64,000 nucleotides of DNA, taken from the human T2T-CHM13v2.0 reference genome, Homo sapiens. The stretch lies in the NCBI RefSeq assembly GCF_009914755.1, contig NC_060927.1; one strand, given 5' to 3'. The translations under genes were made by a program, and so were the position numbers. This document shows, in pieces, positions 13,620-26,800 of the stretch; position 1 is the first letter of the stretch; every line of letters starts with the position of its first letter. The notes under the pieces are model-generated. The model was not told where the DNA came from, did no database searches, and was given only the letters and a program-made list of their open reading frames with translations.

Positions 13620-14589
13620 TCTTTATTAAGGCCTTTAATAGGAAGAACTAATAATTGCCATAATTTTTCTATAATTATAGGACTAAATAATAATTTGAGA
13701 TATCTATAACAACACTAATGTAATACAAGATATCTGTGACTTCTATTGGTGAAGTATTCATAGGAAATGCTGTTACTATTAAAGTTATTCATAATTGAAA
13801 AGCTGAATTTCAGTTAGAGGTTTTTGAAAATAAATATATAATTTTTCTTAATCTAAGTTCGTAGTTTTCACAAATTTTAGAGTCTATGGACCCATGTTAA
13901 GAACCATGACTAGTCTAAATCCCTCATTTCATGAGTAATGCATTCTTTTGACAGTCTAATTGTTTGTCCATGTAAGTTAGGTGGGTGAAGGAAGGATTGG
14001 ACTGAATGCTGACTCTCCCAACCCTTATTCCAGTGCTGATGGGCAAAGTACAGTGCCCAAAATAAGTGAAACACCAGGTGTGGGAGGAAACTCACAATAG
14101 ACACTGCTGGCAAACATCATGAAGTTTATTTTGATGTATCAGTGATATGGTAGGTCTTTCGAATTTCAAGTACTGCGTATGAAATTAAGGATCAACATAT
14201 TTGTACCTGACCCCACCACTGTTAACATCCATCCCCTTCTTTTTATTTATATCCTTGAGCCACTAATCATTAACTAAAAAAAAAAGAACAAAACAAAAAC
14301 AAAAAACTTTGGTACTTTTAAAACATATTTACTTTGTCTTTTGCTAACACTTTTACTATTTAGTCTACTAGACTGCAGGCTTCATAAAAACTGAGACTTT
14401 CCATTGCCAAATTTTAAGAGAATCCTAACATATTCAGAAAGGATAGAGTCTGCTTCTTTTCTACAGGGAGAAATGGTTCAGTTATTTCTTATCATAGTTG
14501 AATGAGATTCAGTCAGATTGACTCCCTTCTGCTGACAAGGAAACAGGTATTGAAATTCAAAAAAATCTTGCAGCCTAAGGGGTACCAGG

Positions 14590-14765
14590 GATGTTATAGA
14601 TTATTTAGTACAACTGCCTTATTTTTCTGGATAGATAAACAGATTCTAAGTGATTAGCCAATTATTTCTAAGACCACAGTTCTTGTTAGCAATAGAGTTA
14701 TTCTGAGAATACTCAATTCCTAACTCCCAAGTTTCATTCTGTTTTCACTGAGCCATTTTGCCTCT
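14590..14765 (-). mobile_element. MIR/MIR3
   Basis: Degenerate MIR core (aagaccacag...ttagc...cctaactccc...cactgagcca). Confidence 0.5.
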
Positions 14766-14969
14766 TCACAACATTAACACTGTCTACGTTTGACTTATAT
14801 AATGAAGGTCACCGTACCTATGATCAGAACATGGAAAATCAGTTTATTCGGCTGACAAGTAATACAATTTTACACAGTTTCAAATCTGGCCTTCTTAGAG
14901 GCTTTTAGGCAGCACTTCTAGGGTGAAATGGAGAATGCTAGTTGGAAATAAGTTGAAAGGCTGAAATAT

Positions 14970-15705
14970 TGTGACGCAATTCTGACACTGACCACCAAAA
15001 GTTAGCACAAGCCCCCAGTAAGACTGATCTCACTTGAGATGCCAGCCACAGTGTTAGGGAGTCCCAGTCCATCTCCACCTGTACTTCTGATGAACTGATT
15101 AGAAATTTGGGGATACCTATGACCTTCTCAGTTGTAATAATTTGCTAGAATGACTCACAAAACTCAGGGCAGTTATGACTAATGTTTTATTTGGAAGAAT
15201 ACAAATTAAAACCAGTCAAATGAAGAGACACATAGGGCAAGTCTGGGAGGATCTTGAGCACAGACCTTCCATATCCTCTCCCCATGGAATTCAGATGTAT
15301 CACCTACCTGGCACATTCATGTGTTCACCAGTCAGGGAGCTCAGCTCAGCTTCAGTTTCTGGATTTTTTTTTTTTTTTAGGTTTCATTATGTAATCATGA
15401 TTGGTTAAATCGTTAGCCATGTGATTGAACTCAATCTTCAGCTCTCTCCTTCCCAGAAGCCAGGAAGTCAGGCTAATATCATGTGGCTCAAAAGTCCCAC
15501 ATTTCTACCTATATGGTCGATTATTCTGATATGACCAGTCCACACCCTGAGTTATCTCCTTTTCGTAAATTCAAATGTGGTTTAAATCCTACCCTACACT
15601 ACTCAACCTTTGATTTGTTCCTAGCAACAGAAATATCCCAGTGGTTTATAAGTTTCCATCCAGGAACCATAGAAAAAAACACCAGACTTTTTTTTATTTA
15701 CAACA
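14970..15705 (-). mobile_element. MER21-family LTR
   Basis: aattctgacact, taatttgctagaatgactcacaaaactcagg and gtgattgaactcaatcttcagc are MER21 hallmarks. TG...CA ends. Confidence 0.8.
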
Positions 15706-16829
15706 ATGACATACATATTTAATTAAAGGGATGTGGGGTTTTTGCCCCCCAATACCTGCTATGCTGAGAAGACATTTCACTTAACCTAAGGTAGCCCTAA
15801 ATAAAGGGTAAGTAGTATTCTACAGACTGTGTGCAATTATGCACACAATAAGTACATTTTCATTACTGCTGATCCAAAATTGCAAAAGCCTCAGTAAAAT
15901 TTTTGAGTTTCAATCCATTAAAAAAGTAAGATGTACAGAGATGAATAAGTAGCATTTAGTAATAGTCACACACATCATTGAAATAACTAAGCACTTAATT
16001 CAAACCCACAAACAGCCCTTCAACTACAAAAAAATCTGGAGCTTGAATCTGACAGAATCCATTAACTGAGAGCATAGTAATAGCCCTACCAATTAATGGT
16101 CTGTAAAAGGCCTCCAGATGGCACAGACAAATACACTTAATTATAATCTGTCATTCTTACTTGTACTTAAAATTTCCAGCAATGTAGGACAATCCTGAAA
16201 TTTATACAGTTAAGAATTTTTGTTGTGGCCATATCAAAATGCAGTTTTCACATCTTACATTCTACTTATTTGACAAACACACAAGTTCCAAAAGTTCTGT
16301 GTTTTGTAAAAAATTAAAAAGTTATAAATTTCTAAACCAGAATGTTATCAGACTTTTCAATATTCTCATACAAATTACCTATTCAAAAATCATGTCACAC
16401 TTAGTAAATAAAGACTAAATAGTATATCAGATTCATTTAAAGGACTTAACAGTGTGCCCATAAAACAAAACAAAATAGACTAAAAGACAAAACAATCTAT
16501 TTGAATTTGACTTGAGTCATCAAGTAAATGTGTTTTTTCCTTGGTAACCCCTGTTTCTCATGTTATACCAATAACCGTTACTATTAACACACCAAAAGGA
16601 TTCTTCCCCAAAGAGCTGTGGATTTCTTTGAGGGTCAATCATCTGGTGAATATATTTATCCCAAGGTGGATCAAAATATTGTGATAGAATGGAAGACAGC
16701 AATATCACCCGAAGCACAATTGGCCCCATAAGTCCATGTGTTTGGGGCCTGAGCATCACATAGCAACATAGTGACCATTCAGGAAACTCCCCATCTGAGC
16801 TCTAGGCCACTATGCAGTGTTGTTCTCAG

Positions 16830-16950
16830 GTCCGTGGTCTCATTCCATCCCACAATGAGTCTGTGAGCCAGGAATAATAAAGCCCTTTTTTTCTGATGGG
16901 AAACTAACATTCAGAGAAAGCAAGTAATTTGCCCAATACTTCACAGCCTT
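16830..16950 (-). mobile_element. MIR fragment
   Basis: gatgggaaactaacattcagaga and gtaatttgcccaatacttcacagc. Confidence 0.55.
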
Positions 16951-16970
16951 AGGTTTGTTGGTATAACAAC

Positions 16971-17013
16971 AAATGCATAGTATTTATTTCTTAAATGCAT
17001 AGTATTTATTTCT
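16971..17013 (+). repeat. 22-bp tandem duplication
   Basis: aaatgcatagtatttatttct(t) occurs twice, perfect over 21 bp. Confidence 0.9.
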
Positions 17014-18379
17014 GAGTTAGTTTTTTCAGATGTGGTTGGCAGCTTTGAAGAACTGGGGAGAAACAAGAGGATCTAGCTGTCATATAAGGAAGTACAAATG
17101 TTCTAAGCTTTACCAAATGTACATAGAAGAAGATGATTGATATGCCTCCTGGAGTGGTCTTAAAATTGTGCTGGAGTACATTGGTAGCTCTAACAATTTG
17201 GAAAAAAAGAGAAGTAGAGAGAAAAATAGAGAGAGAATATCTAACATAGATTTATGTTTATGTTAGATAAGCTACTCTGAAAATTATTATCATGAGATTA
17301 TGTGTTTTCATCAAAATCATCAAATGTTTTGTGTTTTATAAACATTTTGCCACAGTTATTTATCTGGATATTCATACCATATTTAATATTGGAGGACATT
17401 CAATGTTTTCATAGATCTTCAGCCTCCATATTATTAACAAAACAGATCCTTTAATCTTTTATGCTTTTTTATAATTCCATATTTTAGGACCCTTGGAAAA
17501 TTTACAGGACAATATTCCAATTATCTAACCCAAGATCAAAGATTATAATTTGTTTTTAGGTTCTAATTTATAGATTAAATGTAAAACATGTTACGTTAAT
17601 GAGTGACATTTTTCAAGATTGGATAAAATAAGTTAAATAGCTTTGAGTAATTTTCCAAAAGTGTATAAAATTAAGAGGAATCTTTCATGTATTTCTAACA
17701 GATTCGATCTTTACATTTTTGAGACTAAAACACAATGTCTTAATTTTACTCTATTCACCTCAGAGAGTTAAAAAATGGAAATATATATTTACGTATAAAT
17801 ATATGAAATGTATAAATGAAACATGTATCTATATATGATAGCTCACAGAAAATGTCACCCAAGTTTATATTTTCTTACATATTTTTTGTAGACATATTTT
17901 ACATGATTAGCTTGCTCTAATTCTTTTCAGCAATCGTAGACATTATTTTCATTTTATAATCACTGTTAGCATGCAATCACATATAAGAATTAGATTCTAT
18001 GAAGAAGTGATTAGACTCTATGGGCAAGTTTTGGTTTTGTTAGCTTTTTGTTTATTTACTTTGTTTTAAGTAGAATTTGTAAAAAGTTGGAAAATTGTCT
18101 TCAAGAACTTTGATGCTTCATTTCTTTTCCTTTAAATATTCTAACGTAACAAGCAGAATTCTAATATTTTCAACCCTTTCTTGCAATTTTTTTAAATGTA
18201 AAAGACATGTATTGTTCTTTTTCTATAAGCAATTACTGTTTTGGGTATCAGAAAACTGAAAATATATTGGTAAATATATCAGATACAAATCATATAATGT
18301 AAAGTGATTTTTCTTCTCAAGCACCAACTCTTTCAATTCCTTCAAATTCCATAATTAATCTATCATTATTCTTTGTGGG

Positions 18380-19200
18380 TTTTACCTCTAAAATCCAGTC
18401 AAAATTGACAGTTTTTACCACCAAATACAAGCTATCATCATACCTAGTCTGAACTACTAAAACCAACTTCTAAATTTTTTACAGTCTTTATCCCCATAAA
18501 GATTTTTTGTTTTTAAATACAATTTTTCTCAAAACCTTTCAAATACCTCCTATTAATTCAAATCTGCCTATTTATATCTATCTACCTATCTACCTACCTA
18601 CCTGTCTATTTTTAAATCTTCTAGTTATATTTGAAGTAAACATGGTAATGTTAAGCAATTGAATATTATTCTTAAGGGTCAAATCTGTTGGAAATATCAT
18701 AAGGATTTCTCTTAATTCTATACACTTTTGGAAGATTCCTTATACTACTTAACTCCTTGTTTCATCCAACCTTGAAAAGCACCATTCATAAATGCCAATT
18801 CCTTGTCATAGTACACAAAGTCTCACTTAACCTGGCCTTGTCCACATCTTAGACTACATTTCCTTCAGCTCTGGCCACATTGGACAGGCTGGTATTCCTG
18901 CAACAATTTAAGTGTGTACCTTTTTCAGCTTTCATGCGTACTTTTCATGACCTGGAGAACTCTTTATCTAGAACTTCACATGACTTTCTCTTTCAAATTA
19001 TCAAGATATTTGCCGAAATCATTTCTTTAGATATGTCTTCCAGGAAAACCCTATCTATTAGGCTTATCTATTAAAAGTAATGGCAAAAACCACAATTACT
19101 TTTCCACCAACCTAATAAGAGTCACTCACCATTCCATCATGTTCTATGCCCTTCTCCAACTTGAATGTTCATACTTTTACCATTATTTGAAATTATGTTT
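18380..19200 (+). mobile_element. L2 fragments, interrupted by a (CTAY)n repeat and MADE1
   Basis: Degenerate L2 3'-region motifs (caagctatcatca, ctctggccacattggac, tcttccaggaaaacc). Confidence 0.4.
19058..19114. mobile_element. MADE1 (Hsmar1-derived MITE), left arm largely deleted
   Basis: ttaaaagtaatggcaaaaaccacaattacttttccaccaacctaa is the MADE1 centre plus right TIR. Only ttagg remains of the left TIR. TA flanks. Confidence 0.8.
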
Positions 19201-19435
19201 TGAGTATCTTTCTTGGAGTCTACCTTCCTACCCTGTTTTGTCTTTCATTAAATCACACTCCTCAAGTTTTTATTCTACTGCATTGGATCTTCCTCCAGAA
19301 TATCAATTTTGATCTCATTGTTGGCTATTCTTCCCATTTTACACTTTGCAGTAGCCAGAAACCAGTCTTTGCTCCTCTTCCTTTCTCTTTCTATAAACCA
19401 ATTTCAGAGTATCTCATGAAAAGTTTAAACTTTAA

Positions 19436-20806
19436 TGATGTGGTTTGGCTGCGTATTATACCATAAGAGAAAAGAAACAAAAGAAGTTTACATAAATATG
19501 GAAAGTATTAGGGAGCCAGGATTTTTTCAAATAAAAAGTCATTAAGAAATTTACACTCATCAGTTCATTCAGTTCATTCAGTCCTCCTCTTTTACCCAGC
19601 CATGGATAAATGGGGCCAAGGAGCAGCTGAAGACATTGCTTCAAAGGATGCAAGCTCCCAGCCTTGGCAGCTTCCACATGGTGTTGGTCCCGCGGGTGTG
19701 CAAAATACAAGAATTGTGGTTTGGGAACCACCACCTAGATTTCAGAAGATGTATGGAAATGCCTGGATGTCCAGGCAGAAGTTTGCTGCAGGGGCAAAGC
19801 TCTTATGGAGAAACTCTGCTAGGGTAATGCAGAAAGAAAATGTGGGGTTGGAGCTCCCAAACAGAGTCCCCACTGGGGAACTGCCTAGTAGAGCTGTGAG
19901 AAGACAGCCATTGTCCTCCAGACTCCAGAATGGTAGATTCACTGACATCTGGCACCGTGCGCCTGGAAAAGCTGCAGACACTCGTCAGCTCGTGAAAGCA
20001 TTTGGGAGGGGGGCTGTATGCAGCAAAGCCACAAGGGCAGAGCTGTCCAAGGCCGTGGGAGCCCACCTCTTGCATCAGTGTGACCTCGATGTGAGGCATG
20101 GAGTAAAAGGAGATTATTTTGGAGCTTTAAGGTTTAATGACTGCCCTATTTGATTTTGGACTTGCATGAGGTCTGTAGCCCCTTGGTTTGGGCCAGTTCT
20201 CCCATTTGGAATGGGTGTATTTGCCCAGTATCTGTACCCACATTGTATCTAGGAAGTAACTAACTTGCTTTTGATTTTACAGGCTCATAGGCAGAAGGTA
20301 CTTGCCTTGTCTCAAATGAGACTTTGGACTTGGACTTTTGAGTTAATGCTGGAACTAGTTAAGACTTTGGGGAACTGTTGGAAGGGCATGCTTGTATTTT
20401 GAATTTTGAAGACAAGAGATTTGGGAGAGGGCAGGGGTGAAACGACATGCTTCAGCTGTGTCTCCACCCAAATTTCATCTTGAGTTGTAGTTCTGAAAAT
20501 CCCCATGTGTCCTGGGAGGGACCAGGTTGGAGATAATTGAATCGTGGGGGTGGTTTCCTCCATCCTAGTCTTGTGATAGTGAATTAGTTCTCATGAGATC
20601 TGATGGTTTTATAAGAGGCTTCCCCCCTTGCTGGACACTCATTCTCTCTCCTGCCACCCTGTAAGGTGGTGCCTTCCACCATGAATGTAACTTTCCTACG
20701 GCCTTCCCAGCCATGAGGAATTGTGAGTTGAATTACACTTCTTTCCTATCTAAATTACCCAGTCTCAGGTATGTCTTTATTAGCAGCATGAAAGTGGACT
20801 AATGCA
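19436..20806 (+). mobile_element. Rearranged THE1 (MaLR) provirus: 19-bp 5' LTR stub, filler, 3' part of THE1-int (~19596-20442), complete 3' LTR (20443-20806)
   Basis: The stub is tgatgtggtttggctgcgt. The THE1-int motif agatttcagaagatgtatggaaatgcctggatgtccaggcagaag is present, with a polypurine tract before the LTR. Perfect 5-bp TSD TTTAA at 19431-19435 and 20807-20811. Confidence 0.9.
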
Positions 20807-22320
20807 TTTAATAAAACTTTAAATAAAGTGTATCTATTGATATTTCACAGACCAGCCCTAGACTCATGGGCTGCGAAACATCAGATGCATATGGACACAA
20901 TCCAGCCAGCTCCTCCATTCCAAACCATTCCTGTGCCCTTCTCCTTGTGTAATTATTTGATTATTTAGTACATTTGCTTTTATTTTCTGTCCATTGGCAC
21001 CTATGTGTCATTCATCCTGACATTCATAAATTTGGGGATGGACACTTACTGACATCTAACAGAGGATGCTAGGTGACTCTTTTTAAAACTTATTCAATTT
21101 TAGCTGACGCTTATGAATGAGGAAAATTTGCAAAGAGCCATATATCAGGTTGGGTTGGGGAAGCATAAAAGGGAATAGAGGCTAAGAAGAAAGGAGAGAC
21201 TAGGGCCATTGTGGTGCATCTTGGAGAGGTGCAGATTTTCCTGTTTCTAGAACATTGTCTTTAAAAGGATAGTGGATCTCCTAGGTGGTCACTTGTTACT
21301 ATGTCACTACGTCACTGTGTTACAGGGTCAAATGTGCTACAGTTGGTGATGATGTCCTCCATTCTATCACAATGTTCTGATCCACATTGTGATTTTTCAA
21401 GAGAAGAAAAGAAAATTAAAATCTTCCTGAAGTATACTAAATTACAAAGATAAATACAAAATTATCGCAAAAAGGAGAAAAAAGTCATAAATATTTATAT
21501 CCAGTTTTGCAAAATAAAAACTCTTAGGTAAAAACTCAAAGTTTATGGGTCATATAAAGAAAGGGAGAAAAAAATTGGCTTTAAATCTAAGATCCAAACC
21601 CAATACAACTAATTACCTACAATTAAATCTTCAGCCCTGAGGATGAAATTTATTGAACTACACTCTTTATATTTGCCATTGAACCCAAAATTATCAACTA
21701 ATAAAGGCTATCAAGTTATAACCCAACCCATAAAACCTTCTAAAAGATAATTAGTCCGATGTTTCTTCCCTTCCATAGTTCAATTTAGCCAACATTCAAA
21801 CAAAATAAAAATGAATGATACCTGACTACAAATTATAATTCTGTGCTGCTTCCTATAACATCTACTTCCAAAATTATTAAAATAACAAATTCCATGTAAT
21901 TGGAAATTAGAAAATATCTTGCTGTCATATTTGACCTAGTTGCAATTTGCTCTTACCTTCAAAGAGAAACAATGCACCTTTACTCAGCATCCCATAATAC
22001 CTGAATAGTCCAGACATCACATATAAACTATATAGATAAAATCTCAATCCCAATTTAGTTGTCCTTTGGAATTCAGGTATAAGATGTATTGATGATACTC
22101 TTTTCACATACAGATACCCACATGCTCATTAAAGAACTTTAATAATATTTATTGGATCTATTTGGATTTTTGAGATAACATTTGCATTTATAAATTTCAT
22201 TAAAATTTAATTATACAGTAACTCATAAGTCTGTTCATTACAAAACCCAACTCAGCAACAAGCCAGTGAGACTATGCCATAAACTATACCACAAGCATTT
22301 TCTTTAAAAATATCATGAAA

Positions 22321-22829
22321 TTTTGTTCTAGAAGAGATGTTAGATTCAGAGGCTACATGTGCAGTTTTGATACCTGTGTATATTGCTTGATGCTCAGATT
22401 TGGGGTACAAATGATTCTGTCATCCCAGTACTGAGCATAGTACCCAAGAGGTAGTTTTTCAACTCTCATCCCTCTCCCTCTGTCTCCCTTCTATTTGTCA
22501 CCAGTGTCTATTCTTACCATCTTTATATCCATATTTACTTAATGTTTACTTCCCATTTATAAGTGAGAACATGTGGTATTTGGTTTTTGTTTCTTCATTA
22601 GTTTGCTTAGGATAAGGGCCTCCAGCTACATCCATATTGCTGCAAAGGGCATGATTTTATCCTTTTTTATAGCTGTGTAGTATTCCATGGTTTATAGGCA
22701 CCACATTTTCTTTATCGTGTCCACCACTGATGAGCCTCTAAGTTGATACCATGTCTTTGCTAATGTGAGTAGCACTGTGATGAAGATACAAGTGCATGTG
22801 TCTTTTTGGTAGAATGATTTGTTTTCTTT
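22321..22829 (-). mobile_element. L1PA15/16-like 3' end (host element, part 1)
   Basis: ggctacatgtgcag...gatgctcagatttggggtacaaatgat...gagcatagtaccca. The sequence resumes in register at 32401. Confidence 0.85.
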
Positions 22830-23543
22830 ATTACTATTACTATTATTTTTATTTTAGTAGTATTGGGGGTACAGTTGATTTTTGGTTATTCTGATATTTT
22901 AGTGCACCTGTCACCCAAGCAGTGTACACTATACAAAATATGTAGTCTTTTATTGCTCACACCCCTCCTAACCTCCCCTACCTTAGTCCTCAAAGCTCAT
23001 TATATCATTCTGTATGTCTTTGCATCCTCATAGCTTAGCTCCCACTTAAAAGTGAGAACATGTGGTATTTGGCTTTCCATTCCTGAGTTACTTCACTTGG
23101 AATAATGGCCTCCAGCTTCACCTAAGTTGCTCCAAATACTTTATTTTCATTCTTTATATGGTTGAGTAGTATTCCATGGTGTATATATGCCACATTTGTT
23201 AAATCTACTCATTTGTTGATGAGCATGTAGTTTGGTTTGTATCTTTGCAATTGTGAACATGCGTGTGTATGTGTCTTTTTCAAATAATGGCTTCTTTTTG
23301 TTTGTGTAGTTAGTAATGAGATTGCTGGATCAAGTGGTGTATCTACTTTTACTTCTTTAATAAATCTCCATATTGTTTTCCATGGTGGTTGTACTAATTT
23401 ACATTCCTACCAGCAGTGTAGCCGTATTCCCTTTTCACCTGATTCATATCAACATCTATAGTTTTTTGACCTTTTAATTATGTCAATTCATACAGGAGTA
23501 AGGTGGTATCTCATTGTGATTTTAATTTTCATTTCCCTGATAA

Positions 23544-23885
<342 letters not shown>

Positions 23886-26800
23886 TGGATATCTTCGTTT
23901 AAGAAATATCTATTTATATCCTTTTTGATGGGATTATTTCATTTTTTCCTTGCTTATTTGTTTGGATTCCTTGTAGATTCCAGATAGTAGAACTTTGTCA
24001 GATGCAGAGTTTGCAAATTTTTTCTCCAACTCTGTGGGTTGTTTGTTTATTCTGCTAATTATTTATTTTGCTGTGCAGAGCTTTTTAATTTAATTCAGTC
24101 TTATTTATTTATTTTTGTTTTTATTGCTTTTGCTTTTGGGCTCTTAGCTATGAATTCTTTGCCTAGTCCAATGTCTGGAAGAGTTTTTCCAATGTTACTT
24201 TCTAGAATTTTTATGGTTTCACTGAAGTCTTAGTTTTAAGTCTTTGATCCATTTGAGTTAATTTTTGGAAGGTGAGAGATGGGAATCCAGTTTCATTCTT
24301 CTATATGTGGCTGGCCAGTTTTCCCAGCACAATGTACTGAATAGAGTGTCCTTTCCTCAATCTATGTTTTTGTATGCTTTGTCAAAGATCAATTGACTGA
24401 GAGTATTTGGCTTTATTTCTTGGTTCTGTATTCTGTTCCATTGGTCTAAGTGCCTATTTTTATACCAGAACCATGCTGTTTTGGCAACGATAGCCTTGTA
24501 GTTTAATGTGAAGTCTGATAATGTGATCCCTCCAAATTTGTTCTTTTTGCTTAATATTCCTTTTTATATGCAGGCTCTGTTTTGGTTCCATATGAATTTT
24601 ATAATTGCTTTTTTCTAGTTCTGTGAAAACTGATGATGGTATTTTGATGGAAATTGCATTGAATCAGTAGATTGCTTTGGGCGGTATGGTCATTTTCACA
24701 ATATTGATTCTTCCCATCCACGAGCATGGGGTGTGTTTCCATTGTTTTGCATCATCGATGATTTCTTTCAGCCATTTTCTGTAGTTTTCCTTGTACAGAT
24801 CTTTCACCTCCTTGGTTAAGTGTATTCCTAGGTATTTTATTTCTTTTTTGCAGCTGTTGTAAAAGGATTTTGTTCTTTATTTGATTCTCAGCTTAGTTGC
24901 CATTGGTGTATAGCAGTGCTACTGATTTGTGTACAATGATTCTGTAACATGAGACATTACTGAATTTATTTATCAGATCTAGGAGCCTTTTGAATGAGTC
25001 TTCAGGGTTTTTAGGTATACAATCATATCACCAGCAAACAGTGACAGTTTGACTCCCTCTTTTCCAATTTAGATGCCTTTTATTTCTTTATCTTGTCTGA
25101 TTATTCTGGATAAGACTTCCAGTACTATGTTTAGAGAAGTGGTGACAGTGGACATCTTTGTCTTGTTCCAGTTCTCAGGCGGAATGCTTTCAACTTTTCC
25201 CCATTCAGTATGATGTTGGCTCTGGGATGGTCATACATGGCTTTTATTACTTTGAGGTTAGTCATTTCCATGCCTGTTTTGTAGAGGGTTTTTATCATAA
25301 AGGGACACTGAATTTTATCAAATTCTTTTTCTGTGTCTATTGAGATGATTGTATGGTTTTTGTTTTTAATTCTGTTTATGTGATGTATCACATTTATTGA
25401 CTTATGTATGTTAAACCATCCCTGCCTCACTGGGATAAAATCCACTTGATCATGATATATTATCTTTATGATGTGTTATTGGATTCAGTTAGTATTTTGT
25501 TGAGGATTTTTGCATCTATGTTTACCAGGGATATTAGTTTGTAGTTTTCTTTTTTGTTATGGTTTTTCCTGGTTTTGGTACTAGGGTGATACTGGCTTCA
25601 TAAAATGATTTAAGGAAGAACCCCTCTTTCTTTCTCTTTTGGAATAGTTTCAGTAGGATTGGTACAATTATTCTTCGAATGTCTGGTAGAATTCAGCTGT
25701 GAATCCACCTGGCCTTGGATTTTGTTGTTGTTGTTGTTGTTAGCATTTGTATTACTGATTTAATTATGCTGCTTGTTATTGGCCTGTTCAGGGTTTCTGT
25801 TTCTTCCTGATTTAATCTCGGAGGGTTATATGTTTCCAGAATTTTTTCCATTTTCTCTAAATTTTCTAGTTTGTGTATGTAAAGGTGTTCTTAAGCAGTC
25901 TTGAATAATCCTTTGTATTTCTGTGGTATCAGTTGTAATATCTCTAGTTTCATTTCTAATTGAGCTTGTTTGGGTTTTCTCTCTTCTTGGTTAATCTCAC
26001 TAATGGTCTATCAATATTATTGATCTTTTCAAAGAGCCATATTTTTGTTTCATTTAACTTTTGTATTGGTTTGTTTCAATTTCATTTAGTTCTGCTCCAA
26101 TCTTTGTCATTTCTTTTCTTCTGCTGGCTTTGGGTTTGTTCTTGTTTCTGTAGTTCCTTGAGGTGTTACATAAGGTTGTCAAGTTGTACTCTTTCAGGCT
26201 TTTTGATGTAGGCATTTAACACTAGGTACTTTCCTTTTAGCATTGCTTTTACTGTATCCCACAGGGTTTGATAACTTCTGTCACTGTTATCATTCATTTC
26301 AAATAATTTTTAAATTTCCATCTTGATTTCATCATTAACCCAACAATCATTTAATAGCAGATTATTGAATTTCCATGTATTTGTATAATTTTGAGGGTTT
26401 CCTTTGGAGTTGATTTCCAGTTTTATTCCACTGTGATGTACAAGATATTTAATATGATTTAAATTTTCTTAAATTTATTGAGACTTGTTTTGTGGGCTAT
26501 TATATGGTCTATCTTGGAGAATGTTCCATGTGCTGATGAGAAGAATTATATTTTGCAGTTGTTGAGAGGAAAGGTCTGTAACTATCTGTTAAGTGCATTT
26601 GTTCTAGGGTATAGTTTAAGTTCATTGTTTCTTTGTTGACTTTCTGTCTCAATGATTTGTTTAGTGCTGTCAGTGGAATATTTAAGTCCCCTACTACTAT
26701 TGTGTTGCTGTGTATCTCATTTCTTAGGTCTAGTAGTAATAGTTTTATAAATCTGGGAGCTCCAATGTTGCTGCATATAAATTTAGAATTGTAATGTCTT

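Noticed and set aside
19602-20153. 183-aa ORF
   Set aside because: It lies wholly in THE1 internal sequence as a remnant MaLR frame, and its 5' LTR promoter is deleted.
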